Below, piece by piece: positions 56,666 through 64,000 of a DNA stretch of 64,000 nt. Below the pieces are notes generated by a model. That model was given only the letters and a program-made list of their open reading frames with translations. It made no database searches and was not told where the DNA came from. Numbering within the stretch: the first letter of the stretch is position 1; each line of letters begins with the position of its first letter. This stretch comes from Syntrophorhabdaceae bacterium (GTDB taxonomy: Bacteria; Desulfobacterota; Syntrophorhabdia; Syntrophorhabdales; Syntrophorhabdaceae): the NCBI GenBank assembly GCA_963665295.1, contig OY762209.1:736001-800000 (forward strand). The letters run 5' to 3'. Position numbers and translations under genes: made by a program.

Positions 56666-58795
56666 CTACAGATCAAAATCATCATTCTCAACAATTTGCA
56701 CACGTTTGTCAACTGTCTTCGCCTTTGGTACGAACTGCCCTGTCATCGAGAAAACCACAACAGGCACCAGTCGTTCCTCAAGAGTCGCTCCGCCGTGTAG
56801 CTCAAAGCTCTGCCCTCCACCCTTCTTGGGCAACCGGTTATACCCACGCACGGCCCAATGCCCGCCGTCCAACGTTTCCTCCAGCTCCAGTGGGCATCCG
56901 CTTTGCGTCGTCCGCTCACGGTAGCGCCAATCGGCAACCACCGCACCAGTCTCACACGCAAGTGTCTGCGCCAGCCTCGGTTCTGCCTGCCACGCCAACA
57001 CCGCTAGTCGCGAACTGCCGTGGTCTGCCGTGACAAGTACTCGATCAAACCGCGCCAGCCCCTCAGCCACACGCGGCAACACCTCGCCACCAATCACATC
57101 CAGTTCTGCAGCCAGATTTTCCTCCGGGGACCTCGTCTCGTGCGCCTCCGCACCACGGTGCGCAATATTGTCGAAGCGCTTGATATCCGGCAACCGCCGC
57201 GCAGCATCCGGCCAGAAGATGTTGTTGAACTCTGTCGATGTCGGCAAATGGGCCTGGGCGACCTCAGCCAAATCCACGCCAATACCCCGTTTTTGCGCCA
57301 GCGCCACCAACATCGGCAGCCACTCCGCACCCATCCCGTCCACCACCAGCAACGCGCACCCATTGTCGGAAGCATATCGTTGCACCACCGTGGCCCGCGA
57401 CTGCATGGAACCCGGTGGAACCTCGCGCTGGGACCTCTCGTAAAACTCTGGCGTCACGCGGCCAGCCACCTTCAGTTCACGATATACTTTGAAATACTCT
57501 TCCAGTGTCTTGTCGCCAAAAAAGAGATCCTCGTTCATATACATAGCTGCTTCTGGATACACGACTTTTACAACGTTTGACACAATACCGTCCACGGCGC
57601 AACGCCTAAGTAGTTCCGCCCGCTCCGCGTCTGTTTCGCAATTCAACCATGGCGCAACTCGCGACGTGGATTCGCAAATGCAACGAGCGATGAACTGCCG
57701 GATGTCCGCGTCCGACATTCTAACGTCCGCTTCCAGTATAGCATCTCTGCGTTCGTCAGCATAGACTACTGATTGATCCAGCCATTCCGCTGCACCCATT
57801 ACGTATGCGGAGCGGAAATTACCGGCAAGGACGCCTTCTTGCCTTGCAACACGTTCAAGGTAACTTCCCTTGGGGGCGATATTTTTGACTAGCCACAGTG
57901 TCGCCTCACGTTCTGCGCCTTTGCGCTCATCAACCACACGCAAGACACGCTTAGCGACTCCACCTTCCGGAAAAAACATCGTCTTGAGAGTTTCGGGCAG
58001 TGTTTTCCCCGCTCCTTCTTTGCCCCGCTCGCAAATCCATCGCAAAGCTTCTTCGGACAATCCCGCATCTTCCGCGTCGTAGAACACGCGAACGAAATCC
58101 CGCAGACACACGACCTGCAGCACCTCGGCGTTGAGCCCAGCCAATTCCCGACCTTCTGAGGTTACAACAATCCGCCTTACAGAGCTGTCGTTCGGATGTT
58201 CCTCGGTATATCGCAAATACTTCTGAAACGTATCACACTCTTCCGGGATGAAAGATGCTAAATCGTTGCCGACCAACATAACCTCCGTACGCCCCGGGTT
58301 TCTTTCCGCCTCTTTGGAAGCACCCCTTGACACGATTTGGTCGGTGACAATTTCAATTAGTTGCTTCCCCTGGCGATAGCGCGGATTGGCGAAAACATCC
58401 CTGAGTATCAATCCCGTCGCGTCATCGCTCTGCAACAAGCAGACCGCCTCCCGCCCAGACGCACCGTCCACCCGTTCGCGCAAAGCGACAATCGCAGCCC
58501 GTCTATTCTCGTTCGTTAACAACGCAAGATAACCAGGCATCCCCAGCAATACCAAAGCCTTACCGGTTGTGCGCTGTGCCGACATCTCATTGTACACTCT
58601 CCCGAAGACTTCATCGGGCATTGGAAGCCACGCTCCCTCCCTCACCAGATCACTCAAGCGTAACTCAACGTCGCCGCGTTCTCGGTAAAATCGACGCAAT
58701 GCCGTCCAGCTTTCTCCCGAAGGCACGATCACCACCCGCGCCTTCGGCTCCGCAAGGGGATTCCTGATGTATTCGCAATACTCGCTCAACGTCAT
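56666..58795 (-). CDS. pglZ: BREX-4 PglZ phosphatase-fold protein
   Basis: 'VVDGMGAEW', 'LPTSTEFN', 'VTADHG', 'HGGATLEE.LVP'. Confidence 0.9.
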   Translation of the reverse strand: MTLSEYCEYIRNPLAEPKARVVIVPSGESWTALRRFYRERGDVELRLSDLVREGAWLPMPDEVFGRVYNEMSAQRTTGKALVLLGMPGYLALLTNENRRAAIVALRERVDGASGREAVCLLQSDDATGLILRDVFANPRYRQGKQLIEIVTDQIVSRGASKEAERNPGRTEVMLVGNDLASFIPEECDTFQKYLRYTEEHPNDSSVRRIVVTSEGRELAGLNAEVLQVVCLRDFVRVFYDAEDAGLSEEALRWICERGKEGAGKTLPETLKTMFFPEGGVAKRVLRVVDERKGAEREATLWLVKNIAPKGSYLERVARQEGVLAGNFRSAYVMGAAEWLDQSVVYADERRDAILEADVRMSDADIRQFIARCICESTSRVAPWLNCETDAERAELLRRCAVDGIVSNVVKVVYPEAAMYMNEDLFFGDKTLEEYFKVYRELKVAGRVTPEFYERSQREVPPGSMQSRATVVQRYASDNGCALLVVDGMGAEWLPMLVALAQKRGIGVDLAEVAQAHLPTSTEFNNIFWPDAARRLPDIKRFDNIAHRGAEAHETRSPEENLAAELDVIGGEVLPRVAEGLARFDRVLVTADHGSSRLAVLAWQAEPRLAQTLACETGAVVADWRYRERTTQSGCPLELEETLDGGHWAVRGYNRLPKKGGGQSFELHGGATLEERLVPVVVFSMTGQFVPKAKTVDKRVQIVENDDFDL

Positions 58796-58799
58796 GGTA

Positions 58800-61700
58800 T
58801 CACTCCAGCACCGAAAGCCCTACATCTGGAATTTGATCAATCAGCTTCAGGAGTAGTGCCTTCGCCTCGACATCTGAAAGCATATTCACCTTTTCCGCAG
58901 CCTGTCTCCGCGCATGAGTGTCGTAACTCTGCTTGACGAACGCCTCGACTTCTTCGCGAATTCCTCCGTCCGTCAGCCATCTGCTCGGTGCATCACCCAA
59001 TTTCTTATACAACCAACCGCTCAGATCTCCGACACTGAACCCGATCTTTTGATAGCGCGCGGGTAGCACCCGTATGAGGAATTTTTCACCCGCCGTGGTC
59101 ACATCCACAAATGCACTTTCTTTCCCAAGTTCGTGCAGCACGGACCGCAAACGTTCCGCCGACACCCCTCCCGGATTTGAAACCGCATCAACGATGCCCT
59201 TGGCATCATCTAGCGCCAGAACGCATTCTACAGGCAGCGCATGTCGGCGGCTCCATTCGTCAGGCGATTCCGTGTCTGTCCGTTCGCGCCACAGGGCCGC
59301 CACCTGCTTGGAAATCAGCGTCAGGCTGTATTCCTCTATCTTGCCACGTCCTCGCACTTTAAAACTCTGTTCATCTGCCCTTGCCGAATCCGGCGGGAAG
59401 GCATTATAAAGCTCGCGGCTTTCCGCGACCGCCATCGGCCAGATCTCTCCGAAGATTTCTCGCATCGCCTCCAGTTGCCGCCCTTGCGCCGCGTCGAAGA
59501 ACACCTCGCGGATAACCACATCTTGCTGCTCCAGAATCTCTCCAAAGGCTTTCACATCATCGCCGAACAACGACGGCCTGCTGAGCAATTCAAAGAAGCG
59601 GTGCAACGACGGGTGTTTCTTCGCCCAGAACTCTGTCGGCACCTTGTTCTCACCCAGCACCGCGTTGTGCAAGCGGTTTAGCGCGTCCTCGAAGCTCATG
59701 TATCCCGAGGAGCCAGCCAGCTCGCGGATATGCTCAGCGCACACCGTCTGCCGGTAAACCTCTTCCAGTACGGATTCGGTATCGCCGCGTTTCCACAGCC
59801 AGCCGCTCGTCGTCGCAAAACGTTTCTTGACTATGCTGCAATAGGTGCGTGATGAATCGCCCATACGTTCCGCGGCCGTTTTCAACTCCGGCTTGGCTTT
59901 ATCGACGTATCGCTGAAATGCCTCGTCAAACACTACTGGAGTCATATACTTGGCCATCGCCTCCGCCAACCCCGACGTTGTCAGAAGAATCTCGCCGATC
60001 TCCTTCACCTTATTGCCTCGAGCCTCGGTGTCTCCTTTAGAGCTGATGCTGTTTGCAGCGCACAGCGCATCGATGACCTTCCCCATCGCCTCTGCGCTCG
60101 GCTCGGCTTGTGAGCGGATATACTCCGGCAGGACCCACAGCGGAACGCGATCTGAAACCTGTTCCAGTCGTGTCCCGATTGTGTTCAACGCCGCCTCTAC
60201 CGTTCCGTCCGCAAGCGGAGTACTCCCGAAAATCTTGCTGCTCTGTTCGATGAACTCCTTTTCCTCCTTGGACAGGCGACAGATCATTTTCTCGTTCCTA
60301 ATAGCATTGGCGCCGTCGTCTTTTACCGCTGCCTCTATGATTTCCGCCAGCGCTGCTGCGTCCAGAGCTTTGCTCGTCACACCGTCCGTCCATTGCAGTT
60401 TGCGCTGTCCGGTCAACCATGTTTTTAATACAAAACCCAGCACGAAGGCTGAATGCGGCACCCCCAGCAGTCCAAATGGCGGTCGCTGCAGGTCTATGTA
60501 CAGTCTGCGTATGGAACAATTGTTTCCTGCGCCCACCGTGTTGTCCTGCCATGCCTTGCACTTATCCCGCAACCGCGTCAGCGGATGGTTTGGATTTGCA
60601 TCGAACCATGCGTACTCGCCGGTGACGCCTTTCCTCTGCCATGTCGCCACAACAGTCTTCCACGCACCGGGCTTGGTGAATCCGTCGAAGCCCATGCCCG
60701 CCTGTGCCCAGTTCTGCAAGGCAATCGGCGCCGCGAAGGCGCTGATGTTGAATCCGCATAAGTCGTCCGTGTACGCCGCGAAAGCCTGTTTGGCAAAGCC
60801 GGTAAGCCAGTCTTTTTTCAGTTGGCTCCACGCCACTTCTTCAATGAACGGCTCCCCGGTCGCGTTAGGTTTATAGACCGTGAGTTTTGCTGCGCCCGTC
60901 ACTTTGGATAGCCAGGTAGCCTTGGCATTGTTGATTTGTGTTTCAAAAACCTTCTTGCTCGCGCTGTCGGTTGCCAATGCAAGACGGGCGCTGTTTTCCG
61001 TGAACTCCTCCCACGCCTTTGCGTTGGCTCGGCAGAAGTTGACCTCCGGCAGTGTCACGAAGAGCATGCGGTGGTCTTTGAACTGTCTCGCCAACTCCTT
61101 TGCCTTGTCGGGAATACGCAACTGTTCCTGCTCGTCCCGCGCCAGAATGAACTGCACGAGGACTCGATTCCCGTTGTTGCTAAAAGACTCACGTTTTGTG
61201 ATGCTTGAAGCCGAAAGACCGCTGACGCTCGAGGCGCGCACATCAAAGCGCCCGCCGTAATTCACGCTTTTTAGCTGTTTAACAAGCTCCGTCTCAGTGT
61301 CTTTCAGTACGAGGTCGCCGAACTTGCCATCCAACGCCGCTTTCTTCTCCTCGATCTCTTTTGTGTCCGAGCGGTCATGGAAACGTTCGCAACGCTCGTT
61401 CACAATCGCGAAACAATGCTTCTGCTCCAGATTGTGCAGGATCTCATGCACGCCCTGCAAAGCCCCATCGCCCTCGAAACTGCGTTGGATATTTTCCACC
61501 GTCGCGCTTAGCAGCGGATGACCATCCCCCTGCATCTGTTCGATCAAACCAAACAGCAATACCGCTTTGAATACGCGCCGTTCGTCAGGCTGCAGCTCCC
61601 GTTCGCGACGAGCGTATTCCGCCCGTGCTTCCTGCACGGATTGCTCCGGCCCCAGATCGTCCCGTTCCACAAAATACCGCCACAAATGATCCACAGTCAG

Positions 61701-62954
61701 GAACTGACGACCAAAAACATCCAGCCCGCCTTTCTCAATGAACTCTCTGAACTCCTCGCTGTTCAGAAAGTCGAACATGCTTCGCTGGTTTGACCCGATC
61801 GCTACCGATAGGTGCTTCAGCAGGAACGCTGCCATTGGATGCAGTGGCAGGATACGCTCGAAATCCACAGCATCAATACCCGCTTTGTTGACGACCATAT
61901 AGTTTCCAACTACACGGTTTACACTGTGCCATAGCACGGAGCGTTCTTGCATCCATTCCGTTGCCTTTTCCGGTTTGCCAACGAAGGCGTTTGCCGCCAG
62001 TTTCAATGCGGTTTCGTTCGGCAGGTCAAGACGCTTGAACGTGAACCGGTCGTTTGCCTTCTTCGCGCTCTCGGAGCCCGCCGCTACATACGACGAAATA
62101 TTTGTGTGCGTCACCGGAACGAAATAAAACCGTCCCTGCTGTGCTGCCTCCGCCAACTGCTCCAGCGTTTTTAGTTCTGAGCGGTTGCGATCCATGAACG
62201 CTGAGAACTCGTCCCAGATATAGACCAGTTTCGAAAGCCCATTCGCTTTCAACGATGCATCCACCCACTCCAGGAACTCTTCAGCGCTTAAACCCAGATA
62301 GATGTGCCGCGCTTCCAGTACTCGCATTGCATCGCTGACCAGCCCCGCCTCCCGAGTCGTATCCCGCAGTTTCTTCTCCAGCACATCCGCTGTTTTAATG
62401 CCTGAGTTCAGGTGGGAGAGCTGCGCCTGCATTGCGTCACGCGCTGTGAAGAAGTGTGGTTCATCCTGCTGGATACGCTCAATGACTTCGTCCAACTTGC
62501 CTTTCAACGGAATCGTGTGCCCGCCCGTCTTCAGCGCCTTCGTGATACCACGTTGCAAGCGCATCAGAAATTGGTTTTTCGCGTCCACACCGTCTGCGTT
62601 CACGTCATAAACGACGAGCACACTTGCTTCGCGTTGCGCCAGAAAGGCCTTCCGCACGGGGTCCGGTATCTGCGCATTGCTTAAATCGAGCCATTTCAGG
62701 ACGCGCATCTCATCGTCCATGAACAGTTTTTGCAAAACCAGCGAGGCGTAGCTTTTGCCCGTGCCATACGCGCCCGTGATCCAGAGTGTCTTTTTCCCGC
62801 CATTCAGGCTCCGAAGTAACTCCCGCAAAATCTCCACAAACGAGTTGTGCGGGTAGAATCCCAGCCATGTCTCCAGCGTCTTGTTTATGGCCGCCAGGTC
62901 CATGCACGGTGAGTAATCCGGTCTGATCCCGAAATAGTCTTTATAGTATGCCAT
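58800..62954 (-). CDS. brxC: BrxC/PglY-like P-loop ATPase
   Basis: 'WITGAYGTGKS', 'YIWDEF', 'PLHP', 'SNQRSMF.F'; 1384 aa; operon context. Confidence 0.82.
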   Translation of the reverse strand: MAYYKDYFGIRPDYSPCMDLAAINKTLETWLGFYPHNSFVEILRELLRSLNGGKKTLWITGAYGTGKSYASLVLQKLFMDDEMRVLKWLDLSNAQIPDPVRKAFLAQREASVLVVYDVNADGVDAKNQFLMRLQRGITKALKTGGHTIPLKGKLDEVIERIQQDEPHFFTARDAMQAQLSHLNSGIKTADVLEKKLRDTTREAGLVSDAMRVLEARHIYLGLSAEEFLEWVDASLKANGLSKLVYIWDEFSAFMDRNRSELKTLEQLAEAAQQGRFYFVPVTHTNISSYVAAGSESAKKANDRFTFKRLDLPNETALKLAANAFVGKPEKATEWMQERSVLWHSVNRVVGNYMVVNKAGIDAVDFERILPLHPMAAFLLKHLSVAIGSNQRSMFDFLNSEEFREFIEKGGLDVFGRQFLTVDHLWRYFVERDDLGPEQSVQEARAEYARRERELQPDERRVFKAVLLFGLIEQMQGDGHPLLSATVENIQRSFEGDGALQGVHEILHNLEQKHCFAIVNERCERFHDRSDTKEIEEKKAALDGKFGDLVLKDTETELVKQLKSVNYGGRFDVRASSVSGLSASSITKRESFSNNGNRVLVQFILARDEQEQLRIPDKAKELARQFKDHRMLFVTLPEVNFCRANAKAWEEFTENSARLALATDSASKKVFETQINNAKATWLSKVTGAAKLTVYKPNATGEPFIEEVAWSQLKKDWLTGFAKQAFAAYTDDLCGFNISAFAAPIALQNWAQAGMGFDGFTKPGAWKTVVATWQRKGVTGEYAWFDANPNHPLTRLRDKCKAWQDNTVGAGNNCSIRRLYIDLQRPPFGLLGVPHSAFVLGFVLKTWLTGQRKLQWTDGVTSKALDAAALAEIIEAAVKDDGANAIRNEKMICRLSKEEKEFIEQSSKIFGSTPLADGTVEAALNTIGTRLEQVSDRVPLWVLPEYIRSQAEPSAEAMGKVIDALCAANSISSKGDTEARGNKVKEIGEILLTTSGLAEAMAKYMTPVVFDEAFQRYVDKAKPELKTAAERMGDSSRTYCSIVKKRFATTSGWLWKRGDTESVLEEVYRQTVCAEHIRELAGSSGYMSFEDALNRLHNAVLGENKVPTEFWAKKHPSLHRFFELLSRPSLFGDDVKAFGEILEQQDVVIREVFFDAAQGRQLEAMREIFGEIWPMAVAESRELYNAFPPDSARADEQSFKVRGRGKIEEYSLTLISKQVAALWRERTDTESPDEWSRRHALPVECVLALDDAKGIVDAVSNPGGVSAERLRSVLHELGKESAFVDVTTAGEKFLIRVLPARYQKIGFSVGDLSGWLYKKLGDAPSRWLTDGGIREEVEAFVKQSYDTHARRQAAEKVNMLSDVEAKALLLKLIDQIPDVGLSVLE

Positions 62955-62974
62955 GTCTTCGATCTCCCTGTTGG

Positions 62975-64000
62975 CTACTTCCGCAAAATCAACTCGATTA
63001 CATCGTCCCGGTTCTTCGTTTCAGGGAACAACCGGACCTCGTCCAGCCCCAACGTGAAGCTGCACGCGATGAAGTCCGGATACAGCGCCGCCAGCCCCAT
63101 GGTCTGTTTCTTGAACTCTTCCGGCGGGATGCCAAACGCCGATAGCGGTGATACAACCTCCCCGTCGAACTCGGCCTCCATCATCTGGCGCACCGTGAAG
63201 GCACTGCGCCCGGCCTTCTGTGCCATCACATAAAGCCCGTAAAGAACTACCAGCGGATCCACCGAGCGCGAACGGCGCGTGAATCCGACCGTGAGCTTCC
63301 CTTTCTTTGTCAACTCACACACGCTATTTTCTTCCGTGCCGAACGGAGTCGAGACCAGCATATTCTTTAGCGCTTGCATTCCACCTTTTTTGGTCACACT
63401 CCTGATGTCATTTCCAAGCAAATCAAGCAGATCGGCATCCGTATAGGATACATCCATTTTTAGTGTACAGACCAGCCATTTCACCACGGGCGCATGGTTG
63501 CACAACCCCATCCAAACGAGGTCCCATGCCAATGAATCCTCCACGCCCCTTTTCTCAAATAGGTCAAGCAACTTTGTGGGCTCCGTCGTTTTTGGCTCCA
63601 TGAGCAATCCTTGACGAAACCACGCTTTTGCTGCCGGAACCTGCTTTGCACGGTTAAGCTGCGCCGTCTGGTCGAATGCCTCGCGTTCGGCGAGATAAAC
63701 GGAGACGAATTCCGTCCTAAGCCCGAAATTCTTATAAATGTTGATTCCACTAAGTGTTGAACCGCTGATTTCCGGCACTCTCATCGATCGATACCTCCAA
63801 CATCCTAAGTCCATGCTGTGACACCGCAGGCAATGGATACATTTTGTTTCATCAATTACCACCATGCCATTACTTGTTTGAAGCGCGCCCGTAGGGCATT
63901 CCGCTTCACAAGCCTGGCAGGCAACACACGCCACGGACTTCTGCAAGACCGTCCGCAAGACCGGCAAGACCCGCTTTCGTTCCGCATCGTCCGCAAACAA
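62975..64000 (-). CDS. brxP: BrxP C-terminal part (4Fe-4S plus DUF4007-like region); the PAPS-reductase part is presumably outside the window
   Basis: CVACQACEAECP...CIHCLRC ferredoxin motif, 'YKNFG', 'AKAWF', 'W.LVW..L'; upstream of brxC-pglZ-brxL; 5' truncated by the window edge. Confidence 0.75.
   Translation of the reverse strand: MFADDAERKRVLPVLRTVLQKSVACVACQACEAECPTGALQTSNGMVVIDETKCIHCLRCHSMDLGCWRYRSMRVPEISGSTLSGINIYKNFGLRTEFVSVYLAEREAFDQTAQLNRAKQVPAAKAWFRQGLLMEPKTTEPTKLLDLFEKRGVEDSLAWDLVWMGLCNHAPVVKWLVCTLKMDVSYTDADLLDLLGNDIRSVTKKGGMQALKNMLVSTPFGTEENSVCELTKKGKLTVGFTRRSRSVDPLVVLYGLYVMAQKAGRSAFTVRQMMEAEFDGEVVSPLSAFGIPPEEFKKQTMGLAALYPDFIACSFTLGLDEVRLFPETKNRDDVIELILRK

Larger units (their letters stand above)
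13535..64000. mobile_element. ICE / genomic island integrated at the tmRNA 3' end (right end outside the window)
   Basis: Integrase abuts the tmRNA CCA; T4SS, relaxase, oriT, coupling protein, defence cargo and many ISs follow; no duplicate of the tmRNA 3' end was seen in the window. Confidence 0.85.

Noticed and set aside
1..64000. CRISPR array, rRNA, tRNA, or retron / group II intron reverse transcriptase
   Set aside because: No regularly spaced repeats, rRNA or tRNA signatures, or RT motifs were seen by eye

Overview
Bases 1-13532 are GC-rich housekeeping DNA: an SSS transporter with a small partner peptide, smc, gltX, selA, rluD, pgeF, an NtrY-like kinase, smpB and the tmRNA gene. The host looks like an anaerobic deltaproteobacterium, but that is only an impression. 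From 13535 to the end of the window is an integrative conjugative element (ICE) inserted at the tmRNA 3' end; its right boundary is not in the window. The ICE backbone is a tyrosine integrase, a Trb-type T4SS, a MOBF relaxase, an F-like oriT, RHH proteins and a TrwB-like coupling protein. Its cargo looks like defence genes: a Ubl-E2-JAB-E1 (Bub/Bil-like) operon divergent from a sigma-like / unknown / IrrE-metallopeptidase triad, FRG and HEPN-like genes, an unknown two-gene module with a PD-(D/E)xK nuclease, attC-flanked cassette-like genes, YhcG and a type 4 BREX operon. Five complete IS copies (two IS3-like, three IS630) each interrupt a gene. The best candidates for new biology are the sigma/putative anti-sigma/IrrE switch beside the ubiquitination operon, a duplicated highly structured non-coding leader, and the unknown two-gene module. 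All product calls come from motif recognition by eye; no database search was run.
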